Sequence record: SRR9188677_168
DNA length: 64,000 nucleotides
Strand: one strand, 5' to 3'
Shown: positions 19,906 through 30,352 of the stretch, one piece after another
Numbering within the stretch: position 1 is the stretch's first letter
Layout of the letters: every line of letters begins with the position of its first letter
The notes under the pieces: generated by a model
The model's input: only the letters and a program-made list of their open reading frames with translations
What the model was told of the DNA's origin: nothing
The model's database searches: none
Position numbers and translations under genes: made by a program

Positions 19906-22101
19906 ATGCAGTTTACTTTTAAAAAACTATCGCTTGTTATTCTATCTGCCTTTTCATTAAATCAGGCCGTTGCGGAAGAAGTTAAAAAGCAGGTGTCCCA
20001 AGTGGAAACCCTGGATGAGATTAAGGTAAACGCTTCGGCAGACGCAAATGCAAAAGGGGTCATGAAGCCTTATGCAGGTGGGCAAGTGGCTCGCGGTGGG
20101 CGTGTCGGTGTATTGGGGAATCAGGACGCTATGGATACGCCATTCTCAATCAATGCTTATACCAATACACTGATTCAAGATCAACAGGCCAAGAGTGTTG
20201 GGGATGTATTGTTAAATGATCCTTCTGTACGTGTTGCGCGTGGATTTGGTAACTTCCAGGAGTCGTACTTTATTCGTGGTTATCTGGTTTTCTCTGATAG
20301 CGTTGCTTACAACGGATTGTATGGTCTATTGCCACGGCAATATATTGCCGCAGAGCTGTTTGAGCGTGTAGAAGTGTTACGTGGAGCAAGTGCATTTTTA
20401 AATGGGTCCAGCCCTAACGGAGATGGCGTTGGCGGCGCTATTTCTTTACTACCAAAACGCGCACCTAATGATCCTTTAAATCTGGTGACTGCTGGCTGGA
20501 GCTCAGGTAATCAGCAATACATCGCTGCTGACGTGGCAAGGCGTTTTGGCCCCGATGACCGCGCAGGATTTAGACTAAATGTTTCACGTCGGGATGGTGG
20601 GACTGCCATAAACAAAGAGGGAATGGAACTTGATCTTGTGTCATTGGCATTTGATTGGCGTGGAGACGATGTCAGGCTATCCGCCGATGTTGGCTATCAG
20701 GAAAACCGCTTGAAAGAAACCCGTACCAATGTCTCGCTCACTGGAGCACAAGTGACCCGTATACCCAAAGCACCTTCCAGCGACCACAATTGGGCACAAC
20801 CCTGGTCTTATTCAAATGAGCGCGATCTTTTCGGCACTGTGCGCGCCGAATGGGATATCAACAAGCATGTCATCGCTTATGGTGCGGCCGGTTCACGTCA
20901 TTCCCATGAAGCTAATTCGCTTGGTAACCTCACAGTAAACAACTCTATAAGTGGAGCGGGTACAACTTCGCGTTTCGATAATATTCGTCAGGACTCCATC
21001 GTGACTGCTGAAGCTGGTTTGAAAGGAAGTTTCAACACTGCCTCTATTGGCCATGATTGGGTATTGTCCACCAATACTTACTCTGCTATACGCAAAATCG
21101 ACTTCGCATTTACTGGTGCCATTCCTACCAACCTATACTCACCAACTTTCTACAACCAGCCCGTATTCACCGGGGCAAATGCTGCACCTATGGATGACTT
21201 TGTTAGCTATGAAGCCAATTTCCAAAGCGTATCCCTAGGTGATACGCTTTCGATGTTTGACAAACGTTTACTAGTTACTTTGGGCGCACGGCAACAGAAT
21301 TTGAAGTACCTGAACAAAAACGCTTTAGGCGTGACTACGACTAACTACGATGAAAGTAAATTAAGTCCGGTGTATGGTGTGGTCGTCAAACCCTTGGAGC
21401 AGGTTTCACTATATGCAAATTATATTGAAGCACTTACACAAGGTGACACTGCCCCTGCTTCGCTGAATAACGTGCCCTTGATCAATGCTAACCAGTCACT
21501 TGCTCCTTTTGTTTCAAAACAAAAAGAGGTGGGTGCTAAATTTGATTTTGGGAAAGTACGTTTGTCAGCCGCTTATTTCACTACTGAGAAACCGCGGGGG
21601 GTAACAGACCCAACTACACTGATATTTGCCAGTGCAGGAAGCGAAGATCATCAGGGCATAGAGCTCATGACGTATGGTGAATTGGTTCCGGGATTCCGTG
21701 TGCTAGGAGGTGTCACGTTCCTGGATGCTAAACAGAAAGATACCCGGGATGCGGCTACTGAAGGTAAACAAACCATTGGTGTTCCAGATAAGCAAGCCAA
21801 CTTTGGGGTGGAGTGGGATATCAAAGCTGTGGCTGGTTTGACAGTCGATGCACGCGTGATCGCCACTGATAGTATGTATGCCAATGCAGCGAATACACTC
21901 GAACTTCCAGGCTGGACACGATTGGATGTAGGTGCTCGCTATGTGACCAATATTAAAGGTAAACTATTCACTGTCCGTGGACGTATTGACAATGTTGCCG
22001 ACCGTGATTACTGGGCGTCCAGTGGTGGCTCTCCAGGAAGTGGATACTTGGTCATGGGCGCTCCGCGCACTATCACTGTAAGTGCACAACTTGATTTTTA
22101 A
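19906..22101 (+). CDS. TonB-dependent siderophore receptor (FcuA/BauA-like)
   Basis: YAGGQVARGGRVGVLG, ERVEVLRGASAFLNG, C-terminal GAPRT...LDF; ATG 19906 gives a signal peptide. Confidence 0.9.
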   Translation: MQFTFKKLSLVILSAFSLNQAVAEEVKKQVSQVETLDEIKVNASADANAKGVMKPYAGGQVARGGRVGVLGNQDAMDTPFSINAYTNTLIQDQQAKSVGDVLLNDPSVRVARGFGNFQESYFIRGYLVFSDSVAYNGLYGLLPRQYIAAELFERVEVLRGASAFLNGSSPNGDGVGGAISLLPKRAPNDPLNLVTAGWSSGNQQYIAADVARRFGPDDRAGFRLNVSRRDGGTAINKEGMELDLVSLAFDWRGDDVRLSADVGYQENRLKETRTNVSLTGAQVTRIPKAPSSDHNWAQPWSYSNERDLFGTVRAEWDINKHVIAYGAAGSRHSHEANSLGNLTVNNSISGAGTTSRFDNIRQDSIVTAEAGLKGSFNTASIGHDWVLSTNTYSAIRKIDFAFTGAIPTNLYSPTFYNQPVFTGANAAPMDDFVSYEANFQSVSLGDTLSMFDKRLLVTLGARQQNLKYLNKNALGVTTTNYDESKLSPVYGVVVKPLEQVSLYANYIEALTQGDTAPASLNNVPLINANQSLAPFVSKQKEVGAKFDFGKVRLSAAYFTTEKPRGVTDPTTLIFASAGSEDHQGIELMTYGELVPGFRVLGGVTFLDAKQKDTRDAATEGKQTIGVPDKQANFGVEWDIKAVAGLTVDARVIATDSMYANAANTLELPGWTRLDVGARYVTNIKGKLFTVRGRIDNVADRDYWASSGGSPGSGYLVMGAPRTITVSAQLDF

Positions 22102-22118
22102 GTATGAGGTAATTTGAT

Positions 22119-23423
22119 TTGCGTTCGTCTTTGCTGTTGATTCACCGCTGGCTGGGCCTAGCCAGCGCTCTGTTTCTGCTGATCACCGGCTTCACAGGTG
22201 CCATCATCTCCTGGGATCACGAACTTGATGAGTTGCTGAACCCGGCATGGATGCATAGCGAGTCTACCGGCTTGCATCAATCCAGTTTAGTGTTGGCCAA
22301 ACAAGTTGCAGAGCGCTACCCGCAGGTACAAGTGAGTTCTATCCCGCTGACGGTGGAGCCTGGGCATACACTGTCTTTGGGGGTGAGGCCGTTGCCTAAC
22401 CCGCCTGATGGCCTGGAACCTGTCAAATTTAACCAGGTGTTCGTTGACCCGGTGACAGGCCAGGAATTGGGCAAGCGCGAATGGGGGGCGGTTTGGCCGG
22501 TAGACCGTACCAATGTGATTTCCTTCCTATACAAACTGCATTACAGTTTGCACCTGCCTGAAATGTGGGGAATAGACCGCTGGGGGATCTGGCTGATGGG
22601 TGGAGTGGCGATCATTTGGCTGATAGATAGTTTTGTGGGCTTTTACCTGACATTGCCTAAATCCGGCAGAAAACCGCAAACGCGCCTGCATAAGGCGCAA
22701 GCGACGCATTCTGCAAATCAGGCTTCGTTCTGGAAGCGCTGGTGGCCGGCATGGAAAATGCGCTGGAACAGTAGTACCCATAAACGCTATTTCGATATGC
22801 ATCGCGCATTTGGCTTATGGACCTGGGTTCTATTAATTATTCTGGCATTCTCTGCACTTGCATTAAATCTGCGTCGCGAAGTATTTATGCCGGTGATGAA
22901 ATCTGCATTCACATTAACGCCTACCCCTTCAGACTTGCGTCCGCGTTTACCGCCAGCGCAGCAACAATCGCCAACAGTAGATTTTGAGCAGGTATTAGCT
23001 TTGGCGCTAAAAGATGCGCGTGCGCAGGGCTGGCAAGAGCCTGCGGGACGCATTTCATACAGTGCGGCTTATCAGTTATTTAACGTCGATTTTTATCGTC
23101 CGGATGCCGATCATGGCGTGGCTGGAGCTGGTCATAAGCGATTGTATTATGATGGGCTAGATGCACATTACGTCGGTAAACGTATTCCTTGGGAAGGTAC
23201 TGCTGGAGACGTCATTGTGCAGGCGCAGTTTCCCTTACACTCAGGTCGCATTTTAGGTATTCCTGGCCGTATCCTGATTTCTGTGATGGGTCTGGTAGTT
23301 GCAATGCTTTCGGTGACCGGTGTGTATCTGTGGCTGAAAAAGCGCAAGGCACGCAAAGTATCCTCACTCATCTTACAAGAGCAGGTGTTCGCATCTGAGC
23401 GTATACGTTCCATGTCACGTTAA
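22119..23423 (+). CDS. PepSY-associated TM-helix protein
   Basis: IHRWLGL, KLHYSLH, DMHRAFG, FPLHSG. Confidence 0.85.
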   Translation: MRSSLLLIHRWLGLASALFLLITGFTGAIISWDHELDELLNPAWMHSESTGLHQSSLVLAKQVAERYPQVQVSSIPLTVEPGHTLSLGVRPLPNPPDGLEPVKFNQVFVDPVTGQELGKREWGAVWPVDRTNVISFLYKLHYSLHLPEMWGIDRWGIWLMGGVAIIWLIDSFVGFYLTLPKSGRKPQTRLHKAQATHSANQASFWKRWWPAWKMRWNSSTHKRYFDMHRAFGLWTWVLLIILAFSALALNLRREVFMPVMKSAFTLTPTPSDLRPRLPPAQQQSPTVDFEQVLALALKDARAQGWQEPAGRISYSAAYQLFNVDFYRPDADHGVAGAGHKRLYYDGLDAHYVGKRIPWEGTAGDVIVQAQFPLHSGRILGIPGRILISVMGLVVAMLSVTGVYLWLKKRKARKVSSLILQEQVFASERIRSMSR

Positions 23424-23509
23424 TGCCTATTCAAGCAATCAGAACCATAGCCAAACTTAAAATATATTGAATGCAATAAATTAATGTGCTAAGTTTGATT
23501 GTTTTTAAC

Positions 23510-23528
23510 AATGAGAATTGTTATCATT
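23510..23528. promoter_or_regulatory. Fur box
   Basis: AATGAGAATTGTTATCATT. Confidence 0.85.
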
Positions 23529-23609
23529 CACGCCCTCTGTATCAACAGATATGCCGATGGGATTAATCTTCCATTAGCCACTCAATCCAAATATTAATCG
23601 GGAAGAAAT

Positions 23610-25799
23610 ATGCCAACCGGCTTTAATCAAAAAGCAATGACGGTCGCGCTGATGCTGGCTTTGCCTGCAATTGCAATCGCAGAAGAAAAAATTACAGAAA
23701 ATGCACAAACATTGAGTGAAGTGCAAATTAAATCTGATAAAGATAAAACAACTTACAACACTGAGAGTAAAGGCTATCAAGCCAAGAAAACACGTGTAGG
23801 TAAAACCTATCAAGATCCTCAAGATGTACCGCAAGCAGTTACTACCTTGACCAAAGAACTATTACATGACCAGCAGGTTGGTTCTTTGCGCGAGGCCTTG
23901 CGTAACGTAGTTGGCTTGTCTTTTAATGCCGCTGAAGGTGGCCGCGCTGGTGACAACTTTAACTTGCGTGGTTTTTACACATTTGGCGATATTTACCTTG
24001 ATAATATGCGGGATACCGCGCAATACAACCGCGAAACATTTAATCTTGAACAAGTAGATGTGCTGCGTGGTTCGGCCGCAATGCTGTTTGGTCGTGGCCA
24101 GGCTGGTGGTGTCATCAACCAGGTATCTAAGATGGCTGAGTTGCGTGATAAAAACACGATTACAGGTAGTGGAGGTGAATACGATTATCACCAATTTACC
24201 GGTGACTTCAATAAACAATTAACTGAAACTGCAGCGATTCGCGTTAATGTGATGGATAGACACGATGAGACTTATCGTAAGAATCCCACCACTGGAGACA
24301 GGCCTGAGTTTGACCGCAAAGGTATTGCTGTTAGTTTTGGTGCAGGTATCGGTACTGAAAACGAGTTCTTCCTGAATCATATTTATACCCAAACACGGGA
24401 CGTGCCTGATTTTGGTATTCGTTTTATAGCAACACATCCTCAAAATGATACGCCTAATGGCGCTAGTGACCGTACATTCTGGGGAGCTAGCAACAACTTT
24501 GATGACAGCGATACCCGTGTGACTACAGGTATTTTTACGCACAAGTTTACCGAAGATACACAGTTAAGAACACAGTTACGCAGTGGTACTTATAATCGCG
24601 CCTATTGGGCAAAACTACCGCCAAACAATACCGCAACTCCTGCATTGCCAACCGCTAATAGCAGTATTGGGCAGAATCAGGCTCGATACTTGAACTATAA
24701 CACTGTTAATTTACAGTCGGACTTTAGTACCAAGTTTGATCTTGCCGGCATGAAACATGCCGTGGTCACAGGCATCGAGTGGTTAAAAGAAGATTCTGTA
24801 CGTCGCCAATTGGTAGATTTAGATCCAACAGCGGGTGCTTTGTATGAGCGGCATGCCAAAGGCAACTTGCAAAACGCATTTAATGCCGATAACTATGCAG
24901 TGTATGCGCAGGACAGTGTTGAGTTCATGCCAAACTGGACAGTACTGGCGGGTATTCGTCGCGATGAATTGCATGCCAGATATACAAGCGTGACTTCTCC
25001 AAAATTGAGCTATGGCGAGTACAGCTACCGTAGTGGCTTGTCGTGGCAGCCGACCCCAGACAGGCACTATTACGCTACATGGAGTGACTCTTTCAGCCCG
25101 ACTGCTGACTTGTATCAGTTGACCGCAGTGCCTCAGGATCCTGAGCGTAGTAAAACTGTGGAGATTGGTTCAAAGTGGTTATTTAATGATGGTGATTTGG
25201 CTGTAAGAACTGCGTTGTTTACTACAACAAAGAACTGGGAGCGTAACTCAGACCTAGAGGCTAGTTCTGCAATTCTGACCAGAAGGCGTCGTACCAATGG
25301 CATTGAGTTTGAAGTTACCGGTAAAATCACTGATCGCTGGGATGTATTTGCCGGTGTTGCATTCTTGGATGCACGTGTCATTAAAGCAGCTCAAAACGTG
25401 GCAGCAGGTAATGTTTACTCTTATGCTGATCCACGTGTCGAAGGTCAACGTGCACGAAATACACCCATTGCTACCCTGAACGTCTGGACTACTTATGCAT
25501 TAACGGATGCATGGAAAATTGGTGGCGGTGTAGAAGCTAAAGGTGAGCGCTATGCATATAATCCAAGTTCAGCCAACCTTGGTGGTTCATTTGTAGGCGG
25601 TCACTTTAATCCTAACTCCGCACCAGGCTATGCGCGTGTAGATTTAATGGCTGCCTATGAACAACCTAAATGGGCTGTACGGCTGAACGTTAAAAACCTA
25701 CTCAATAAAGAGTATTATGATGCAGTGTACGATAATGGTGGTTTAGTGACCCCTGGTAACCGTCGCCAGGCGATTGTGACGACTGAATATAAATTCTAG
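23610..25799 (+). CDS. TonB-dependent receptor (Fiu/PiuA-like)
   Basis: LREALRNVVG, AEGG, FNLEQVDVLRG, FGRG..GGVINQVSK, C-terminal EYKF; directly upstream of piuC. Confidence 0.9.
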   Translation: MPTGFNQKAMTVALMLALPAIAIAEEKITENAQTLSEVQIKSDKDKTTYNTESKGYQAKKTRVGKTYQDPQDVPQAVTTLTKELLHDQQVGSLREALRNVVGLSFNAAEGGRAGDNFNLRGFYTFGDIYLDNMRDTAQYNRETFNLEQVDVLRGSAAMLFGRGQAGGVINQVSKMAELRDKNTITGSGGEYDYHQFTGDFNKQLTETAAIRVNVMDRHDETYRKNPTTGDRPEFDRKGIAVSFGAGIGTENEFFLNHIYTQTRDVPDFGIRFIATHPQNDTPNGASDRTFWGASNNFDDSDTRVTTGIFTHKFTEDTQLRTQLRSGTYNRAYWAKLPPNNTATPALPTANSSIGQNQARYLNYNTVNLQSDFSTKFDLAGMKHAVVTGIEWLKEDSVRRQLVDLDPTAGALYERHAKGNLQNAFNADNYAVYAQDSVEFMPNWTVLAGIRRDELHARYTSVTSPKLSYGEYSYRSGLSWQPTPDRHYYATWSDSFSPTADLYQLTAVPQDPERSKTVEIGSKWLFNDGDLAVRTALFTTTKNWERNSDLEASSAILTRRRRTNGIEFEVTGKITDRWDVFAGVAFLDARVIKAAQNVAAGNVYSYADPRVEGQRARNTPIATLNVWTTYALTDAWKIGGGVEAKGERYAYNPSSANLGGSFVGGHFNPNSAPGYARVDLMAAYEQPKWAVRLNVKNLLNKEYYDAVYDNGGLVTPGNRRQAIVTTEYKF

Positions 25800-25807
25800 G
25801 AGTTGAT

Positions 25808-26488
25808 TTGCTGCTAAGTTTGCCGGATGTTTTGCTGGATAGTGAGGTGGCATCCATACAGGCTTTGTTAAAAAAGGCACAATGGGTGGATGGACGCACA
25901 ACCGCCGGTATCCAGGCAGCAACCGTTAAAAATAACCAGCAACTGGCGGAACAAGACCAGTTGCTGGCTCAAATTCGCAGGATCGTGTTGCAAGCATTGC
26001 ATCGCGATCCTTTATTTTTTTCTGCAGTGTTACCAGATAAAATTTTGCCGCCATTTGTAAATCGTTATTCGGGTGAAACCAATCACTATGGCTTACATGT
26101 GGATAATGCCATGCGCAGCATGCCAGATGGCAGTGCGCGCGTACGGGCAGATGTGTCAGCAACCTTGTTCTTGAATGATCCTGATGAATATGATGGAGGC
26201 GAGTTAGTAGTGCAGGATGTATTTGGCGAGCAGCGCGTCAAGCTCAAAGCTGGCTCCATTGTGATTTACCCCTCCAGCTCTGTACATTCCGTCACACCCG
26301 TCACACGGGGAGAACGTCTTGCCAGTTTTATGTTTATACAGAGTATGGTTCGGGATGTCTCACATAGACGCATGCTGTTTGATATGGATATGGCTTTGGT
26401 AAAATTACGCCAACAATATGGCGAAACTTCAGAAGTTGTGCAATTAACAGGTATTTACCATAATTTGTTAAGGCAGTGGGCATTATAA
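25808..26488 (+). CDS. piuC: PKHD-type Fe(II)/2-oxoglutarate hydroxylase (PiuC/YbiX)
   Basis: WVDGRTTAG, HVDNA, SATLFL, YDGGEL, HSVTPVTRGERLAS, YHNLLRQW. Confidence 0.9.
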   Translation: MLLSLPDVLLDSEVASIQALLKKAQWVDGRTTAGIQAATVKNNQQLAEQDQLLAQIRRIVLQALHRDPLFFSAVLPDKILPPFVNRYSGETNHYGLHVDNAMRSMPDGSARVRADVSATLFLNDPDEYDGGELVVQDVFGEQRVKLKAGSIVIYPSSSVHSVTPVTRGERLASFMFIQSMVRDVSHRRMLFDMDMALVKLRQQYGETSEVVQLTGIYHNLLRQWAL

Positions 26489-26602
26489 AAGCTGATGGCT
26501 TGAGCGCCATAGGTGACGAACCCATCATAAATATAACCACTGAATACAAAGCCTGCTGATAAAATTCACATGATCTATTAAAGCAATTCCTATCGGCCCT
26601 GT

Positions 26603-27649
26603 ATGCAATCACTGCCACTTTTATCCCATTATGCACAACAAGCGCAGGCCAAACTGCCGGCGGCAATCTGGCATTATCTGCAATCTGATGCTGGCAATGG
26701 ATATCAGCTGAATACGAACGAAGTTGCTTGGCAGGCACGCAAGCTAGTACCACGGCCTTTGCGCGCACTGCAAAACGCCAATACGGTCTGCGAGATGTTT
26801 GGTGAGCGTTGGGCACACCCGCTATTGCTGGCACCCGTGGCCTATCAAAAGCTATTTCATTCGGATGGGGAAATAGGCGCCGCAATCGCCTGTAATGCCC
26901 AGCAAGGGCAAATGATGGTAAGCAGTCTTGCCAGCCAGCCCGTTGAAGTGATAATCCAACAAGCACAACAACCACTCTGGTTCCAGCTTTACTGGCAAGG
27001 GGATCGCGACCGTACCTTGCTGCTATTGCAAAAAGTAATCGCCAGTGGCGCAAGCGCAATAGTCTTCACGGTAGATGCCCCGGTAAAACAGTCATTGATG
27101 GATCTGCCTGAAGGGATTTCGGCAGTCAACCTCGTGCAAGCATTAGCTCCAAGGCCAATCGCTGCCGGACAAAGCAATGTATTTGATGGCTGGATGTCCC
27201 AGGCACCTACCTGGGAAGATGTGGAGTGGTTACGAAAACAGCTGACGGTGCCTCTATTAGTAAAAGGATTGATGCATGTAGACGACGCAAGACGCGCTGT
27301 TGATTTGGGCTGTGACGGCATTGTTGTGTCTAATCACGGAGGGCGTGTGCTCGACAACACGCCTACTGTCGCGGCAATGTTGCCAGAGGTTGTGAGCGAA
27401 GTTGGCGGGCAATGCAAAATTCTGGTGGATAGTGGTATCCGCAGTGGTCAGGATGTATTCAAAGCGCTGGCGATGGGCGCAGATGCAGTATGTATTGGCC
27501 GACCTTATGTGTGGGGACTTGCGACTGAAGGCGCAATGGGTGTTGCAAAAGTGATTCGCTGGATCAGAGATGAATTGGAAATGACGATGGCGCTGACTGG
27601 TGTATCCAATTTAAGCGACATTCGTCAGGTTGATTTGTATCAGTCATAA
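26603..27649 (+). CDS. FMN-dependent alpha-hydroxy-acid oxidase/dehydrogenase family protein
   Basis: LLAPV, WFQLY, TVDAP, VKG, VSNHGGR, DSGIRSG.DV.KALA.GA, GRP. Confidence 0.88.
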   Translation: MQSLPLLSHYAQQAQAKLPAAIWHYLQSDAGNGYQLNTNEVAWQARKLVPRPLRALQNANTVCEMFGERWAHPLLLAPVAYQKLFHSDGEIGAAIACNAQQGQMMVSSLASQPVEVIIQQAQQPLWFQLYWQGDRDRTLLLLQKVIASGASAIVFTVDAPVKQSLMDLPEGISAVNLVQALAPRPIAAGQSNVFDGWMSQAPTWEDVEWLRKQLTVPLLVKGLMHVDDARRAVDLGCDGIVVSNHGGRVLDNTPTVAAMLPEVVSEVGGQCKILVDSGIRSGQDVFKALAMGADAVCIGRPYVWGLATEGAMGVAKVIRWIRDELEMTMALTGVSNLSDIRQVDLYQS

Positions 27650-27662
27650 TTAGGAAAAAACG

Positions 27663-27941
27663 ATGAAAAAATTTAGCTTTTATGTGGCGATGGTGGCCTG
27701 TTTATTCACTGCCACTTCTGCATTTGCAGCCGCTGATTGTAAAGTCTACTCAAAAGAAGAGTGGGCTTCTGAAGATAGCTTGAAAGAAGCGCTGGAGGCA
27801 GAGGGGTATACCATCAAGAAATTCAAGGTTGATGGCAATTGTTACGAAATTTACGGGCGCAATAAAGAGGGTAAGAAAGTTGAAATCTACTTCGATATGA
27901 AAACGCTTGCGATCGTCAAAGCAATCGGCTTGAAAGACTAA
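27663..27941 (+). CDS. Small periplasmic PepSY-domain protein
   Basis: Signal peptide; GY.IKKFK.DGNCYEIYG....GKKVEIYFD pattern. Confidence 0.8.
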   Translation: MKKFSFYVAMVACLFTATSAFAAADCKVYSKEEWASEDSLKEALEAEGYTIKKFKVDGNCYEIYGRNKEGKKVEIYFDMKTLAIVKAIGLKD

Positions 27942-27951
27942 CCGGTCATCT

Positions 27952-28497
27952 ATGGACTCAAGTATTATATGGCCGTGGTGGGTAAGACTTAGTCATTGGC
28001 TGGTGGCCAGCGGTGTTATTGCCTTATGGCTTATGAGTTACCTCTGGTATGAAACGGACTTCATACATCGTTCACTTGGCTATTCGATTGTGGTTGCTAT
28101 TTTCGGGCGGATATTGCTAGGCAACATCACTCAATTTGAACCGGCAAGGTTTTATTGGCCAGGCATTGATGCTATCCGCTTGCATCTCACAGAGATACGG
28201 CGGAGGCAGATGCAATCACATAAAGGCCATAATCCGCTTGGGCAATGGGCAGTCTATCTAATGTGGTTTTTGATTGCAGCGCTTGCAATCACCGGATGGC
28301 TAAGTCGTACGGATGCATTATGGGGGGAGGATTGGCCCGTGCAAGTACACACTGTCTTAAGTTACAGCCTGTTGGCGCTGGTTTCTTTGCATGTACTGGC
28401 TGTTTTCTGCATTTCAAAATTATCAGGTCAACATTTATTGTCACAAATGATACATGGCCGTTATGCTCATTTAAATCAAACAAAAGCAGAAAATTAA
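27952..28497 (+). CDS. Cytochrome b/b6-like di-heme membrane protein
   Basis: VRLSHW, IHRSLGY, GHNPLG, VH...LHV heme-ligand His pattern. Confidence 0.85.
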   Translation: MDSSIIWPWWVRLSHWLVASGVIALWLMSYLWYETDFIHRSLGYSIVVAIFGRILLGNITQFEPARFYWPGIDAIRLHLTEIRRRQMQSHKGHNPLGQWAVYLMWFLIAALAITGWLSRTDALWGEDWPVQVHTVLSYSLLALVSLHVLAVFCISKLSGQHLLSQMIHGRYAHLNQTKAEN

Positions 28498-28561
28498 GAA
28501 TTCTATTGAAGCTTTGCGTTTCCAGTAACCTTGTTGAAAATTGCGTAAAGGCAATTAGCAC

Positions 28562-30352
28562 CTAATCCATTTCAATCGGCGGTGCGACTTTTAAAACCTC
28601 AGCTACCGTGGTCATGCCAGCGGCAACCTTTTCGGCGCCGTTCAACATTAATGGCTGCAACCCGGCCTGTGTCGCTGCTTGGCGCAGTTGTAATAAATCA
28701 GTCTCTGGTGTAATCAGTTTGCGGATGGCTGGCGTGAGCGTGAGCATTTCATAAATGCCGGTGCGCCCGCGATAGCCAGTATGACGACATTCCTGGCAAC
28801 CAACCGCTTTCATGACTTTGTTTGGCTTGGCTGCTTTAAACGGGCGCGTGATGCTTGCCCATTCGGCACTGGAAATCTCGCCTTCGGTTTTGCAATGCGG
28901 ACACAATGTGCGTACCAAGCGTTGCGCCATGATGCCGAGCACGCTGGAGTGGATCAGGTAGGCAGGCACGCCCAGGTCCAGCAAGCGCGTGATGGCAGAA
29001 GGCGCGTCGTTAGTGTGTAAGGTTGAAAGTACCAGGTGCCCGGTCAGTGCCGCCTGAATCGCCATATCTGCGGTTTGCTGGTCGCGGATTTCGCCGACCA
29101 TAATAATGTCAGGGTCCTGGCGCATCAGCGTGCGTATGCCTTCGGCAAACCCCAGCCCTATATTCTGAGTCACCTGCATCTGATTGAATGCGGGTTCTAT
29201 CATCTCTATCGGGTCTTCCACCGTACACACATTCACTTCATCGGTGGCTAGTTGTTTGAGTGTGGTGTACAGCGTGGTGGTTTTGCCGGAGCCGGTCGGA
29301 CCTGTGACCAAAATAATCCCATTGGGATGGCTTGTCCATTGCGCCCATTGTTCGCCCTGACGTTTGGAAAATCCCAACATCTGGAAATCCTGTACCAGCA
29401 CATCCGGTTTGAAAATCCGCATCACCAGCTTTTCACCAAAAGCGGTAGGCATGGTCGATAAACGTAATTCGATTTCCTTGCCATCAGTGTCCACGGTTTT
29501 AACGCGCCCATCCTGGGGGCGGCGTTTTTCTACCATGTCCATACGTCCCAGCAGTTTAATGCGGCTGGTAATCGCGTTCATGATGTTGCTGGGCAACTGG
29601 TAAACCTGGTGCAATACGCCGTCGATACGTAAACGCATCAAGCCTAGATTTCGGCGCGGTTCAAGATGGATATCACTGGCGCGCTGTTCAAACGCATATT
29701 TAAATAACCAGTCAACGATATTCACTACATGCTGTTCATTGGCATCCAGCTGGCGGTCTTTGCCTAGCTCGATCAGTTGCTCAAAATTCTGTACGCCGAC
29801 AATTTGGCCAGCTTTGGCGACGTTGGCCGACTGGATGGCGGAAGACAGCTTGTATAGTTCGGGCAAGTATCTCTGCAAATCCAGTGGGTTGACCATGACC
29901 ACTTCAATCCGCAAATTATGTATGCGCTCAAGGTCAAACACCCAATTTTGGTGGAAAGGATCGGCAGTCGCAATTTTAGCTACTCCGTCCTTGACCGAAA
30001 TCGGCATAATGCGTAAACGCTCGGCGTAAGCCTGAGACACGATTTGGGTAGCCGAACTAAAGTCGAGTTTCAGGGGATCTATCTGATAGAAAGGTACTTT
30101 AGCCTTATAAGCGACATAGCGGCTAAGGTTATCGACAGTGAGTATTTGTGCGGGCTCACGCTGGTCTTGCCACTTTTGCTCTGCGACAACAACAATCGGG
30201 TGGGTCTTTGAGCTATCGCGCTTGCGGTCTTGATGCAGTTTTTCAGCCCAGGCCTTTTCGATGCGACCATCTGAGACCAGCATGCGCAGCAAATCACCCA
30301 GACGCAGACTTTCTAGGGATTTAGGTAATGAAAATGGGGCTGGAGTATTCAT
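28562..30352 (-). CDS. GspE/PilB-family secretion ATPase
   Basis: ASDIHLEP, GPTGSGKTTT, VEDPIE, RQDPD, CxxC...CxxC, GYRGRTG; ATG 30352 preferred. Confidence 0.9.
   Translation of the reverse strand: MNTPAPFSLPKSLESLRLGDLLRMLVSDGRIEKAWAEKLHQDRKRDSSKTHPIVVVAEQKWQDQREPAQILTVDNLSRYVAYKAKVPFYQIDPLKLDFSSATQIVSQAYAERLRIMPISVKDGVAKIATADPFHQNWVFDLERIHNLRIEVVMVNPLDLQRYLPELYKLSSAIQSANVAKAGQIVGVQNFEQLIELGKDRQLDANEQHVVNIVDWLFKYAFEQRASDIHLEPRRNLGLMRLRIDGVLHQVYQLPSNIMNAITSRIKLLGRMDMVEKRRPQDGRVKTVDTDGKEIELRLSTMPTAFGEKLVMRIFKPDVLVQDFQMLGFSKRQGEQWAQWTSHPNGIILVTGPTGSGKTTTLYTTLKQLATDEVNVCTVEDPIEMIEPAFNQMQVTQNIGLGFAEGIRTLMRQDPDIIMVGEIRDQQTADMAIQAALTGHLVLSTLHTNDAPSAITRLLDLGVPAYLIHSSVLGIMAQRLVRTLCPHCKTEGEISSAEWASITRPFKAAKPNKVMKAVGCQECRHTGYRGRTGIYEMLTLTPAIRKLITPETDLLQLRQAATQAGLQPLMLNGAEKVAAGMTTVAEVLKVAPPIEMD

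Noticed and set aside
26334-27059. 241-aa minus-strand ORF, plus other antisense ORFs such as 1041-1637, 11461-11931, 39570-40070 and 41930-42439
   Set aside because: Shadow frames of well-supported genes with no recognisable motifs
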